A DNA stretch of 64,000 nucleotides from Candidatus Obscuribacteraceae bacterium (GTDB taxonomy: Bacteria > Cyanobacteriota > Vampirovibrionia > Obscuribacterales > Obscuribacteraceae). Of this stretch, positions 26,351 to 36,844 are shown piece by piece. The translations under genes were made by a program, and so were the position numbers. Each line of letters opens with the position of its first letter. The stretch's first letter is position 1. The stretch spans positions 192,001 to 256,000 of the forward strand of contig JBGAHS010000011.1 in NCBI GenBank assembly GCA_044226015.1, given 5' to 3'. Under the pieces are notes generated by a model. That model saw nothing but the letters and a program-made list of their open reading frames with translations. It did not search any database and was not told the origin of the DNA.

Positions 26351-27841
26351 ATGACTGAATCAAAACAAAATTTGCAGGTCGACGAGAAAACGATTCTATC
26401 GCTCTTGAACGAAGCAGCGACGGGCATTTTCATGATCGACGAAGTCGGAAAAATAATCTACGCAAATCGACAAGTGGAAGTTTTATTTGGCTATCAGGAA
26501 AATGAAATGCCAGGTAAATCAAGCGAAATACTTGCTATCAAATTACACAAAACGAATACGGAATCACTCAGAGCACAAGTCCTTGAAGAGAATTTCTCAG
26601 GAGTGCTTAGCGGGAAAGCAAAAGATGGCACCACATTGCAATTTGAAGTAAAAGTAAAAGAGTTCGGCTTAAAAGAAAAATCGTTTTTCATTTACTCGAT
26701 CGTCGACAAGCAAGAACGGCAGGAAGACCAAAGAGCCAAAGCTCAACTTGCCGCCATCGTCGCTTCGTCTACGGCAGCAATATTGAGCAAAGACCTTAAT
26801 GGAAAAATACTGACATGGAATTATGGTGCCGAAAAGCTTTTAGGCTACTCCGCTAGCGAAATGATTGGTAAGCCAGTAGAGAGAACCATTCCTGCTGACA
26901 AAGTCGATGAAGAAAAGGAAATTAGAATCAGAGTACGCAGTGGAGAGATTATTCCATCGCTAGAGACAGTCAGAGTTCATAAGAATGGAAGCCTGATTCA
27001 AGTAGCGATATCCGCCTCACCCATAAAAGATGAAGGAAACCAGATCGTCGCTACATCTACCATCATTTTGGACCTTTCAGCCATCAGGACTGTTGAAAAG
27101 CAACTTGCAGAAAAAATTGCAGAACTGCAAAGGTCAAATGAAGACCTCCAACAATTTGCCTATGTTTGCTCACATGATTTACAGGAACCCCTGCGAGTAA
27201 TCTCTAACTATGTGCAACTCATATCTAGACGCTATGAAGGACAGCTAGACGAGAAAGGGCAGCATTTTCTTCAGTACATTGTTGATGGCGCAGTCAGAAT
27301 GCAGCAGATGGTTGAAGACCTTCTAGTTTATAGTCGCGCAGGAAATCAGCGCTCAGAATCTTTGATCAATCTGAACAAAGTGATAAAGAGAGTCCAAGCC
27401 AACCTCAAATTAGTAATCGAAGAAAACAATGTAGACTTTGAAATCGATGGGGAACTCCCTTCCATTGTAGGTAACGAAACCGAATTGATTCAGGTTTTCC
27501 AGAATCTATTTTCGAATGCAATAAAATTTCGCCACAAAGAGAGACCGCGAATCACAGTTCTTAGCAGGGACGACAAGGACCACTGGATTATCACAGTAAA
27601 AGATAATGGAATTGGATTCGATATAAAGTACGCCCAGAAAATATTCGTGATTTTCCAGAGACTGCATACTCGACAGGAATTTCCTGGTAGCGGAATAGGA
27701 CTTGCGATCTGCAAGAAGATAGTGGAACGGCAGGGAGGCACTATCTTCACAGAATCAAAAAAGGGTGAAGGGAGCAGTTTTCACATGAGTTTTCCGAAAG
27801 TAAAACAGCAAACAAACAATACTGCCTCAAATACCCAATAG
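26351..27841 (+). CDS. Cytoplasmic PAS-PAS histidine kinase (Cph1-type transmitter)
   Basis: Two PAS domains, LQQFAYVCSHDLQEPLR, QNLFSNAIKF, DNGIGFD, IFQRLH, GSGIGLAICKK. Confidence 0.92.
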   Translation: MTESKQNLQVDEKTILSLLNEAATGIFMIDEVGKIIYANRQVEVLFGYQENEMPGKSSEILAIKLHKTNTESLRAQVLEENFSGVLSGKAKDGTTLQFEVKVKEFGLKEKSFFIYSIVDKQERQEDQRAKAQLAAIVASSTAAILSKDLNGKILTWNYGAEKLLGYSASEMIGKPVERTIPADKVDEEKEIRIRVRSGEIIPSLETVRVHKNGSLIQVAISASPIKDEGNQIVATSTIILDLSAIRTVEKQLAEKIAELQRSNEDLQQFAYVCSHDLQEPLRVISNYVQLISRRYEGQLDEKGQHFLQYIVDGAVRMQQMVEDLLVYSRAGNQRSESLINLNKVIKRVQANLKLVIEENNVDFEIDGELPSIVGNETELIQVFQNLFSNAIKFRHKERPRITVLSRDDKDHWIITVKDNGIGFDIKYAQKIFVIFQRLHTRQEFPGSGIGLAICKKIVERQGGTIFTESKKGEGSSFHMSFPKVKQQTNNTASNTQ

Positions 27842-27891
27842 TATCCTTGCTTACGCTCTCGCTGAAGCCAGAAGCATAGCGCAGCAAGCTG

Positions 27892-28464
27892 CTATTTGGC
27901 TCTGGAAAAATACCATTTCGCATAGAGTAAGCTGAAGAGATTGTGCATAGCATGGGCAGTTACAGGTGCCCATAGATTACCAGTCACCTTGTACAAAGCC
28001 GCAAAAATAAACCCGGCACAACAAACAATGAGGACATACGTTTTCTTCTTCAACGCAGGGTCGTGAAGAAGACCAAACATCATGCTAGCAGCATAAGGTC
28101 CCCATTGAGACTGCATAGCACCACGAAAGAATACTTCCTCGGAGAAACCAGACAACAAAGCAAGCAAGAATATATCAGCAATATTTAGAAGCTTCACCAT
28201 TGGAGCAACAAATTCATCATTCATGTTTTTGAGTTCGCTAAAAACAGCAGGATAGCGCTGCGTGCAAACTCCAATAGCGATGGAGAAAGCCCCGGTGAAA
28301 AACGATACGACTATTCCTACGACAATGGCTGGAAGAGAGAATTGCATGCTTGACGCAAGCGGAATATGACTGAAATAAATCCACGAAGCTGCACCTAAAA
28401 TTAAAGCGCCTTCGATGTATATGAAAATTTTGAGAAGCGAATCTCTAGTCAGCCCTTCCATCAT
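27892..28464 (-). CDS. CPBP (CAAX protease/Abi) intramembrane metalloprotease
   Basis: EEVFFRG, FGLLH, AHAMHN. Confidence 0.88.
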   Translation of the reverse strand: MMEGLTRDSLLKIFIYIEGALILGAASWIYFSHIPLASSMQFSLPAIVVGIVVSFFTGAFSIAIGVCTQRYPAVFSELKNMNDEFVAPMVKLLNIADIFLLALLSGFSEEVFFRGAMQSQWGPYAASMMFGLLHDPALKKKTYVLIVCCAGFIFAALYKVTGNLWAPVTAHAMHNLFSLLYAKWYFSRAK

Positions 28465-29389
28465 CTAGCACCACATCTGGTTTCAGCACATATTCATTTG
28501 CAGTTTGCACGAATACTTTGCAAATAGCAACTAGCTTTTGCGAAAACATGACCATGCAATGGAATTCGCCTGATTCGGGGACATTCTTATGGTTTTGAAA
28601 TCTTGATGTATCAACAGTCAACGTCTGACCAAATCCAAGCCTCCTGAACTCATCCTCTTCCAACTCAATCGATGGCAAATCAATCTTGCTCTGCGGAGCA
28701 ATGAGCTTTTCTAAGTACACATCAGCCACAGCCAGAGCTTCAAGCTCAGTGCTTGAGTCCAACGCAAAGGCACCAGCTCGTTCGCGCTCAAGAGCTGACA
28801 AGCAAGCAAGAGATCCAAGCTGCTCACCCAGGTCACGCGCAATTGATCTTATGTACGTTCCACTTGAGCAATGAATGCGTAAATCGAGAACCGAGCCAAC
28901 GAAATCAAGAATTTCAATTGAATAGACTGTGACATGACGCAAAGGAATTTCAAGAGGAAGCTCTCCCTTGCGGGCCAGCTTGTACAGCCGTTCTCCATCA
29001 ACATGTACCGCTGAATACGCTGGAGGACGCTGACTTATATTTCCCTTGAAAGATGGCAACAGCTCTTTAATCTGAGACAGCGTCGGAACAAGTTCACTAG
29101 TTGCAACTACTTTCCCTTCAATATCGTCGGTGTCTGTTTGCTGCCCAAAGAGAATTGATGCCCGATAGACCTTATCGTCAGGAAGGAAGCGCAAGAGACG
29201 ACAGGACTTACCTATTGCTATAGGCAATACACCGCGTGCCATCGGGTCCAAAGTACCTGCGTGACCGACCTGTCTAATTCCTGTAATTCGACGCACTCGT
29301 CCTACAACGTCGTGAGCCGTCATACCTGAAGGCTTGTATACGTTCAAAAAACCGCTGTGGTTGGATGGATTCTTCTTAGATTTCGCCAC
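28445..29389 (-). CDS. truB: tRNA pseudouridine(55) synthase
   Basis: VGHAGTLDPMARG, PPAYSA, CSSGTYIRS. Confidence 0.96.
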   Translation of the reverse strand: MAKSKKNPSNHSGFLNVYKPSGMTAHDVVGRVRRITGIRQVGHAGTLDPMARGVLPIAIGKSCRLLRFLPDDKVYRASILFGQQTDTDDIEGKVVATSELVPTLSQIKELLPSFKGNISQRPPAYSAVHVDGERLYKLARKGELPLEIPLRHVTVYSIEILDFVGSVLDLRIHCSSGTYIRSIARDLGEQLGSLACLSALERERAGAFALDSSTELEALAVADVYLEKLIAPQSKIDLPSIELEEDEFRRLGFGQTLTVDTSRFQNHKNVPESGEFHCMVMFSQKLVAICKVFVQTANEYVLKPDVVLDDGRAD

Positions 29390-29729
29390 GAGAGATCTTG
29401 TTCAACAAAGCTGAAACTTGCGCGCCCCGTTCCAGCGAATTGTCGAGTTTGAAGGTAACATCTGGAGCGAATCTGAGCTGTAGTCTGCGGCAAATTTCAC
29501 CACGCATCTGTCCGGCATGATCATTCAACGCTTCAATAGTGCTCTTTTGTTGCTCTTCAGCACCATAAACAGAAATGAAGATTTTAGCCCTGCGACAATC
29601 GTTAGAGCATTCTACATCTGTAACTGATACCAAACCACCAATGCGTTCATCCTTAAGATCACGCATGATCATTTCGGAAACTTCTCTCTTGATTGATTGA
29701 GCAACTCTCAAATGACGGGGAGTAGACAT
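29376..29729 (-). CDS. rbfA: Ribosome-binding factor A
   Basis: RVAQSIKRE, VSVTDV, LRFAP, DNSLE; located after infB. Confidence 0.95.
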   Translation of the reverse strand: MSTPRHLRVAQSIKREVSEMIMRDLKDERIGGLVSVTDVECSNDCRRAKIFISVYGAEEQQKSTIEALNDHAGQMRGEICRRLQLRFAPDVTFKLDNSLERGAQVSALLNKISRGEI

Positions 29730-29761
29730 TTTATAGCCCCCTATATTCTATTGGTGTAAAA

Positions 29762-32419
29762 CTATCTTTCGCGCTTCTTTTCTTGAATAACGAAAGCATG
29801 AATCAAATCGCCAATTTGAACATCGGAGAACTTCTCACAGCTAATTCCGCATTCAAATCCTGTCGCGACTTCCTTGACGTCGTCCTTAAATCGCTTGAGC
29901 GTATCGATTTTGCCTTCGTATATTTGCTGTCCAGCGCGCTCGATTCTTGCGATCGAACCACGTTGAACCTTGCCATTGAGAATGTAGCAACCAGCAATCA
30001 TCTGATTCTTTCCAAACTTGAATACCTGACGAACTTCGGCAGTACCAAGTTGAACTTCCTCTCTGATCGGCTGCAAGAGACCTGTGATAGCACGTTCTAA
30101 GTCATCGATGATTTCATAGATGATGTTATAGGTGCGAATATCAACTCCAACATTTTCCGCGGCATTCTTGGCATTATTGTCCGGTTGAACATTGAAGCCA
30201 ATGATAATTGCATTTGAAGAAGTAGCCAGGTTAACGTCGTTTTCAGAAATATCGCCAGTTGCAAATCTGAGAAGACGAACTTGAACTTCTTTAGTGCTCA
30301 GCTTGCGCATCTGATCGCCAATCGCTTCTGCGGTACCCAACACATCGGCTTTAACGATGATGTTGAGGTCTTTGACTTCGCCTTGCTCAACGAGGTCATG
30401 CAGCGATTCGAGTGTAACTCTGTGCGAGCGCTTTTCGACTTCAGCCTGCTTACGTTGCTCAGCCATCTGCTTCGCGAGTTGAAGATCTTCATATACTTCA
30501 AACGAATCACCAGCGCGAGGAACTTCAGGCAAGCCCAAAACCTCTACCGGCATTGACGGTCCGGCAGCACGAACCTGTTGTCCGCGGTCGTCCAACAACG
30601 CTCTTACTCTTCCGAACACGCCACCGGCAACAATAATGTCGCCCATGCGCAGAGTTCCATTTTGAACGAGCGCTGTAGCAACAGCACCTTTACCGCGATG
30701 CAATTCTGCTTCCACGATAACGCCGGTTGCAGTCTTTTCCGGGTTTGCCTTCAAATCTTGCATGTCTGCGACAAGCAAAATCATTTCAAGCAATTCATCA
30801 AGCCCTGTGCGCTTTTTAGCGGAAACATTTACGGTAACGGTTTCTCCACCAAATCTGTCAGGAAGAATTCCGTGTTCCATCAACTGATTCAGAACTCTGT
30901 CGGGGTCTGAGCCAGCTTTATCTACTTTGTTAACAGCAACAATAATAGGAACGCCGGCAGCCTTAGCATGGTCGATTGCTTCGATCGTCTGAGGCATGAC
31001 ACCGTCATCTGCTGCTACTACAAGAATCGCAATATCTGTACAGCGGGCACCTCTGGCTCTCATCGCGGTGAAAGCTTCGTGACCAGGAGTATCAAGGAAG
31101 ACTACCTGTCTTAGTTGACCATCTTCGCCAGTGACTTCGACGTGATAAGCACCAATGTGCTGCGTGATACCACCAGCTTCAGAATCGGTAAGCAAGAACT
31201 TGGTTTGACGAATTGCGTCTAGCAAGCTCGTTTTACCGTGGTCAACGTGACCCATAATGGTGACAACTGGAGGACGTGGAACCAGGGCTGCGCGTTCGTC
31301 ATCGCTGAGATTTTCTTCAGCCTGACGCTTTTCAGCCTTCAGCTCTTCTTCTTTCATCTCTTCTTCGAGTTTGATGTCTTCAACGCTTTGAAGGTCATAA
31401 CCCATTTCGACTGCCAGTTCACGCGCCAGCTCAAGTTCAACAGTCTGGTTGATGGTACGCATAAAGCCCTTCATCATCAGACGCTTGATAATTTCACTTT
31501 CGCCAACCTGCATCTTGTCAGCAAGTTCTTTGACAGTAATTGCGTTTGTAAGCGCAATTTCTTTTGGAATTTCTATAGTTGCAGCCACAGGCTTGCTCTT
31601 CTCTTCTCTCTTTTCAGCATGTCTCTGACCACCAGCAGGTCTGTGCTTCGGTGGTCTTGGTGGAGTAGCTCTCAAAGAAGGAGCCGCGATACGGGATGGT
31701 GTAGGAATCGATGGGCTCATTGGGCGCATAGCCTGCAATTTCTTTGACCCCTTCGTGTCCTTATCTTGTTCATCCTTTTTTGTTTCAACTGATTTTTCCT
31801 CGACGACCGCAGCTGGAGGTGCCGCCGGTGGAACCGGCTCTGGCTCAACTGCTTTAACAGGCTCTGCTTCTGGTTCAGGAGCTTTCTCCTGAACGGGCGG
31901 AGCATCTACTTTTACTTCTACTGGTTCTGGAGCAGGCGCTTCAGGTTCAGCCTGTTTTTCCAGCACTGGTGCAGTGGCTTCTGCTGCTGGTTCTGGTTTA
32001 GCCGGTGTCACCTGGTCTACAGGTGCAGCAGCAGGCTTGCCCTGAACTACAGGTACCGAACCCGGCTTGTCAGGAGGAGCTACTGCGGCTACTGGCGCTT
32101 CTTCTGCAACAGGCTCTACAGCTTGCTGCGGCTTATATCTTGCAAGGACTCTGGGCTTTACAGCAGGTGCCGGTGGTGCCGAAACTCCTTTTGCAGCGGG
32201 TTTCGCACCAGATTTGCTGGCAGTACTAGCTGGTTTTGCTTGTTCTTTGGGTTGCTTTTTCTTGTTCACATGAGCAATGAAAAGCCCCACGGCTTGCCTG
32301 TCAACCGTGCTCGAGTGGCTCTTTATGTCGTATCCGAGCTCGCGAAATCCTGTGATGACATCCTGGTTTGTCAGGTTCATCTGGCGCGCTAACTCGTAAA
32401 TTCGAACACGGTCGTCCAT
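29762..32419 (-). CDS. infB: Translation initiation factor IF-2
   Basis: VRIYELA, GHVDHGKT, DTPGHEAF, NKVD, C-terminal GFECGI. Confidence 0.98.
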   Translation of the reverse strand: MDDRVRIYELARQMNLTNQDVITGFRELGYDIKSHSSTVDRQAVGLFIAHVNKKKQPKEQAKPASTASKSGAKPAAKGVSAPPAPAVKPRVLARYKPQQAVEPVAEEAPVAAVAPPDKPGSVPVVQGKPAAAPVDQVTPAKPEPAAEATAPVLEKQAEPEAPAPEPVEVKVDAPPVQEKAPEPEAEPVKAVEPEPVPPAAPPAAVVEEKSVETKKDEQDKDTKGSKKLQAMRPMSPSIPTPSRIAAPSLRATPPRPPKHRPAGGQRHAEKREEKSKPVAATIEIPKEIALTNAITVKELADKMQVGESEIIKRLMMKGFMRTINQTVELELARELAVEMGYDLQSVEDIKLEEEMKEEELKAEKRQAEENLSDDERAALVPRPPVVTIMGHVDHGKTSLLDAIRQTKFLLTDSEAGGITQHIGAYHVEVTGEDGQLRQVVFLDTPGHEAFTAMRARGARCTDIAILVVAADDGVMPQTIEAIDHAKAAGVPIIVAVNKVDKAGSDPDRVLNQLMEHGILPDRFGGETVTVNVSAKKRTGLDELLEMILLVADMQDLKANPEKTATGVIVEAELHRGKGAVATALVQNGTLRMGDIIVAGGVFGRVRALLDDRGQQVRAAGPSMPVEVLGLPEVPRAGDSFEVYEDLQLAKQMAEQRKQAEVEKRSHRVTLESLHDLVEQGEVKDLNIIVKADVLGTAEAIGDQMRKLSTKEVQVRLLRFATGDISENDVNLATSSNAIIIGFNVQPDNNAKNAAENVGVDIRTYNIIYEIIDDLERAITGLLQPIREEVQLGTAEVRQVFKFGKNQMIAGCYILNGKVQRGSIARIERAGQQIYEGKIDTLKRFKDDVKEVATGFECGISCEKFSDVQIGDLIHAFVIQEKKRER

Positions 32420-32431
32420 CAAGGTCCCCCC

Positions 32432-32812
32432 TTACTGGGATGTATTTTGGCATGTTTCTAAGGTATCTGTACAAAAAGATCGCAGTGTGTGAATGAGTTG
32501 TGACTCAAGCGGCCAGACAATTTGCCTGCGAGAAGCCTGATTCTTTGGCTTTCTCCCCTCCAGAGCTATCCTCAACCGATTGCCTTTCAGTGCCTGCTCA
32601 ACGCATGTTATGTTGCGACACAAATAGGCGGATCGACCGCAAACAAAGCGGTCTTGAGGTTTACCTTCACACAAATGAACTTTCTGACTTTTGTAATCAA
32701 ACGTAAGACGAATCAGTTCATTTCGCGATATTTCTCGTCGACAAGCGACACAAATGCGCGATCTGAACTTACTTTCATCTTTATTTTTTCTTTCGTCTTT
32801 CAGTTCAGGCAC
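32432..32812 (-). CDS. ylxR: YlxR/DUF448 (RnpM) RNA-binding protein
   Basis: RICVACR..ELIR..GRSAYLC..C; located between nusA and infB. Confidence 0.85.
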   Translation of the reverse strand: MPELKDERKNKDESKFRSRICVACRREISRNELIRLTFDYKSQKVHLCEGKPQDRFVCGRSAYLCRNITCVEQALKGNRLRIALEGRKPKNQASRRQIVWPLESQLIHTLRSFCTDTLETCQNTSQ

Positions 32813-32933
32813 CTCATTACATCATAACACTTACATTATGCAAACGTCATGAAAAGTACGTCTCTGTGGAAACGGGGCAGTGCTAGGCACTACCCCTGGT
32901 TTCATTTACTTCAGAATTTGCTGCAGTCAGCCC

Positions 32934-34055
32934 CTAGCGCTTGCTGGCATTGTCTGCCACTTTGAACGAACCATCCGCCTGGCTCTTAGACTTGATGTCT
33001 ATTTTCCAACCGGTCAGCTTGGCGGCCAGTCTTACGTTCTGTCCACCACGTCCAATTGCCAGACTCAACTGATCATCTGGAACAATGACTTCGGCGCGTT
33101 TTCCGCCGCCTTCGTCTTGATCATAGAGAGCAACAGTTTCAATTCTTGCTGGGCTCAGAGAATTTGAAATGTAATCAACTGGGTCAGTAGAGAAGCGAAT
33201 TACGTCAATCTTCTCGTTTCTCAATTCAGCGACAACGTTTTGAATTCTGACGCCGCGCGTGCCAATGCAAGCTCCAACTGGGTCTACATCAGGATCTTCC
33301 GAATGAACGGCAATCTTGGTGCGATATCCAGCTTCTCTTGCAATTGAGCGAATTTCGACTGTTCCATCTTCGATTTCCGGAACATATAGTTCGAAAAGTT
33401 CACGTACAAGTTCTGGATGGGCTTGCGACACGATAATCTGCGGAACACGTCCAGACTCGCGTAATTCGAGAACATAAACGCGAACACGATTTCCGACGCG
33501 ATAGCTATCGCCAGGCAATTGTTCTTTGCTGGGCATGCAGCCTTCAACGCGACCAAGGTTCACAATTACGTTGGTGCGATTGTCGCCAACAACTTCGATA
33601 CGCTCGATTTGACCAGTTGTACAAGTACCTTTTCTGGCCTCAAATTCCTTTTTGATCAACTCTTTCTCTGCTTCTCTCAAACGCTGAGTTATGAGTTGTT
33701 TTGCGGTTTGCGCTGCTATTCTTCCGAACTCGGAGAAGTCAGCCGGCGTAACTTCAATTTCCAGAACTTCACCAGCAGTAACGTCCGGAATCAAGTCACG
33801 GGCTTCAGCCAAGCCAATTTCGTGATACTCATTTTCAACTTCTTCAACAACTTCTTTAGGAGCGAAAATGCCGATTTCACCTGTCTCTGCGTCAAAGATA
33901 GCTCTAACGCCTTCCACATCATGATCTGGAACCTTTTTCTTGTATGCTGCAACGATAGCGTCACAAACATAGTTGATGAATTCCTCTTGTGGAATATTGC
34001 GTTCCCTTTCGAGCTCTTCTGCGGCTTCGAGAAGTTTATCGCCAATTTTGATCAT
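32934..34055 (-). CDS. nusA: Transcription termination factor NusA
   Basis: FGRIAAQTAKQ, S1 domain, AREAGYRTK, LSLAIGRGGQNVRLA. Confidence 0.97.
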   Translation of the reverse strand: MIKIGDKLLEAAEELERERNIPQEEFINYVCDAIVAAYKKKVPDHDVEGVRAIFDAETGEIGIFAPKEVVEEVENEYHEIGLAEARDLIPDVTAGEVLEIEVTPADFSEFGRIAAQTAKQLITQRLREAEKELIKKEFEARKGTCTTGQIERIEVVGDNRTNVIVNLGRVEGCMPSKEQLPGDSYRVGNRVRVYVLELRESGRVPQIIVSQAHPELVRELFELYVPEIEDGTVEIRSIAREAGYRTKIAVHSEDPDVDPVGACIGTRGVRIQNVVAELRNEKIDVIRFSTDPVDYISNSLSPARIETVALYDQDEGGGKRAEVIVPDDQLSLAIGRGGQNVRLAAKLTGWKIDIKSKSQADGSFKVADNASKR

Positions 34056-34120
34056 ATTAGTACTCCGTATTTAGTTGTTTATTCAGTTGTACATGTGAGT
34101 TTGAGGGATTCCGTATGATC

Positions 34121-34714
34121 CTAATTCAGCTCAAACTCGGGGTCTGAACCAGTATCATCATCATCAAAATCGCCTGTGATATCAGGAGCCTTGAGCTTGA
34201 CGCTCGAAACTCTGCTGAAGTCCAGTTCGACACTTGATGGATATTCCTGTTGAGCAAGCGCCGCTTTGGCTTTGCCCTTCTTTGGAAGATTCTCCTTACT
34301 GATAATCGGGCGAGGATTATCAATCGTGAGAGTTCCATTGCTCAGAGAATTGAGCTTGCCAGTTATGAAATCGCCCAGCCCTGGCTTGGGGTCTTTTATC
34401 TTCACTTCGACATCGTCGCCAGCAAAGATTGCGAACTCCCTTTCGGTTTTCAGCTGTCGCTCAAGCCCAGGGCTTTGAACGTCCAGCATGAAACTACCTT
34501 CAAGCAGCGGAGGGTCTTGTTCGTCCAGGACCTTGTCAAGACGACGACTTATCTCCTCGCAATCATCTAGTGATATGCGCCCGCCTTTACGACAGATTGT
34601 TACTTCGAGAATTCTTCGCTTCCCTTGCTGAGTCAGACGGATGTCAACTATCGTTAGCCCCAGCGGGGAAGCTTCATTTTCGGCTAGTGTGAGTATTTCG
34701 CTTAAATTTTGCAT
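34121..34714 (-). CDS. rimP: Ribosome maturation factor RimP
   Basis: ISLDDCEEISR..LD, LDVQSPGLER; upstream of nusA. Confidence 0.93.
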   Translation of the reverse strand: MQNLSEILTLAENEASPLGLTIVDIRLTQQGKRRILEVTICRKGGRISLDDCEEISRRLDKVLDEQDPPLLEGSFMLDVQSPGLERQLKTEREFAIFAGDDVEVKIKDPKPGLGDFITGKLNSLSNGTLTIDNPRPIISKENLPKKGKAKAALAQQEYPSSVELDFSRVSSVKLKAPDITGDFDDDDTGSDPEFELN

Positions 34715-34851
34715 TCGTGAAATTGTTCCGCTTGCAGGAGTTACCTACAAGAGGTGAAATGGCAACTTGCCGTAGACTACTCATGTGTCTACGACATAAC
34801 CTAGCTATTCCGTTTAAAAGTATAACATGACAAGAAGTCTGGGGACAACAT

Positions 34852-35355
34852 ATGGCTTCAAATGTGCAACTGAGCAATAGACAACGTAAAGTGAAGGTAG
34901 ATACCAAGTGGTTTCAGTCTGCGGCGGATGAGCTGTTTGAAGCTGTTCTATCTAACGTAAAAAACAAGCCTGTGCCATTCGTGAAGCGTAAGCAACTAAA
35001 ACGAATTGCTGAGTCAGGAATTTTAAGTGTTGTTTTAGTAAGTAATAAACAGATTCAAAAACTGAATAAAGAGTGGCGTGGAAAAGACTATGCCACAGAC
35101 GTTCTTTCCTTCCCGCTCGATCTCGATTTCACCATGGATGGTGTCCCCTTCGAAATGGGCGAGTTGATCATTTCAGCTGAAAAAGCATTGGAACAATCAA
35201 AGGACTACAAACACAGTTTTGAACGAGAGATGACTTTCCTCTTCGTACACGGTTGCTTACACATTCTGGGTTTCGACCACATGACGCCTTCTGATGAGAA
35301 AGATATGTTCGGTAGGCAAAAGGAGATATTGAATCAGTGTGGTTATGCACGATGA
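34852..35355 (+). CDS. ybeY: Endoribonuclease YbeY
   Basis: LNKEWRGKD..TDVLSFP, HGCLHILGFDH. Confidence 0.95.
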   Translation: MASNVQLSNRQRKVKVDTKWFQSAADELFEAVLSNVKNKPVPFVKRKQLKRIAESGILSVVLVSNKQIQKLNKEWRGKDYATDVLSFPLDLDFTMDGVPFEMGELIISAEKALEQSKDYKHSFEREMTFLFVHGCLHILGFDHMTPSDEKDMFGRQKEILNQCGYAR

Positions 35356-35417
35356 AATGTTAGTAATGAGTAAATTTTGATCTAATACCACTAATTGTTA
35401 GCTAGGAATCAACTCAA

Positions 35418-35963
35418 TTGCCCGTTCCTGTGCTATCGTCGAAATGGCAAGAGCAAATATACAGCAGCTTATCTGCAACTTATAAAACAGGAATCCCAAT
35501 GAGGCGCGCAACAAAAGATCGTTCAAATGTAAGAGATTTGGTTGAACCAAGTCCTCAACATTCATTGATTCCGCGAGCCTGGCGTCGGCGCGTAGAAAGA
35601 ACTTCGAGTCTTGTCGAATCTTTCTATCATGCAATTCGGGGACTCGCTGTTGCATTCAGTACTGAACGAAATCTAAAAATTCATTCTGTTCTTGCTGTCT
35701 GTGCTGTCGGTCTTGCCATTTACCTGGGCTTTGATGCAGTCAGCTGGTCCTTGCTATTCCTAGCTATTGGGCTGGTTATAACAGCAGAGCTTTTAAACAC
35801 GGCACTGGAAAAGTCAATTGACATGTTTACCGGTGGAGAGTTCAACAATCTTGCCAAAGACGCGAAAGATATTGCAGCTGGTGCTGTGGTTTGTGCATCA
35901 CTCGCATCTGTGGGAATCGGCTTAGCACTATACATTCCGCGGCTCACAGCACTTTTTCACTAA
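35418..35963 (+). CDS. dgkA: Diacylglycerol/undecaprenol kinase (DgkA family)
   Basis: SFYHAIRGL, ERNLKIH, ELLNTALE, AKDIAAGAV; follows ybeY. Start uncertain (possibly ATG 35499). Confidence 0.88.
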   Translation: MPVPVLSSKWQEQIYSSLSATYKTGIPMRRATKDRSNVRDLVEPSPQHSLIPRAWRRRVERTSSLVESFYHAIRGLAVAFSTERNLKIHSVLAVCAVGLAIYLGFDAVSWSLLFLAIGLVITAELLNTALEKSIDMFTGGEFNNLAKDAKDIAAGAVVCASLASVGIGLALYIPRLTALFH

Positions 35964-35986
35964 TTTAATTGCTATCTTAGAAATGG

Positions 35987-36017
35987 AAAAATGCTGACCT
36001 ATGAGTCAGCATTTTTT
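35987..36017. terminator. Intrinsic terminator after dgkA
   Basis: AAAAATGCTGAC-CTATGA-GTCAGCATTTTTT. Confidence 0.8.
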
Positions 36018-36037
36018 GTATCTCCAACTCGACAGAT

Positions 36038-36844
36038 ATGATTGAACTAGAATTTCTTATCGACCCCTTCACTATCGTTCAGCAAGCTCTGGGTAAGCCG
36101 CTTTCATCAGCGGAAGACAACTCAATCTTTTACAATGAAGCGGAAACACGAACGCTAAATACCTTTATTGAAAAAGCCAAAAGCCTTGATTTTGCATCGT
36201 ACATGTTTTTTGCGGGCAGTTCTGACGAAACAGTACTGGCATGCGCTTACGAAAATATCGACTTGAAGCAACTCAGCCAAAGACTGGGGAAATTTATCAG
36301 CGACTTAATTGATGATGCATCCTTCAAACCGGTTCTTGAAGCATGCATGAAAGCCCGGGAGAAAGTAGAAGTTGAATGGCTTTCAAGCTACGAAAAAACT
36401 AGCAAAGAAATGGAACTACTGACCGGACTAACTTTTTCCAAAAAAATAGACGTGCTGATAACACACCCGCAACAGAGGCAGGGAAAAAACTGTAACGGTA
36501 TCATTTTATGGACAGCAAGATCTTCTTTTCCAAATTACACAACCATTTATCTCTGGCATGAGATCATGCACAGCTTTATGAAGCCACTTAACGAAAGTGA
36601 ACTCAGCGAACGTGTAGCTCACTCAGTAATTCAGCTTTGTACTGACAACGAGTTGCGCGTTCGATTGAATGGTGGCACATACCCACCATTTGAAGGGCAC
36701 GCCTATTGCAAAGCAACTGAATCTGCGTTGTTAAAAGAATGGCAAGTGTACTTAAACTCCAGCAATAGAAACATTATCAAGTTTCAGAAAGATGCGGAGA
36801 GAATTGAACTAAAACGAGAAAAACTGGAGGACAAAAGGAAGTGA
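36038..36844 (+). CDS. HExxH-motif protein (putative zincin-like metallopeptidase)
   Basis: YLWHEIMHSF, with downstream His/Glu candidates in VAHSVIQLCTDNELR. Confidence 0.65.
   Translation: MIELEFLIDPFTIVQQALGKPLSSAEDNSIFYNEAETRTLNTFIEKAKSLDFASYMFFAGSSDETVLACAYENIDLKQLSQRLGKFISDLIDDASFKPVLEACMKAREKVEVEWLSSYEKTSKEMELLTGLTFSKKIDVLITHPQQRQGKNCNGIILWTARSSFPNYTTIYLWHEIMHSFMKPLNESELSERVAHSVIQLCTDNELRVRLNGGTYPPFEGHAYCKATESALLKEWQVYLNSSNRNIIKFQKDAERIELKREKLEDKRK

Noticed and set aside
26351..27841. Phytochrome
   Set aside because: Only PAS domains precede the kinase; no GAF/PHY or chromophore motif.
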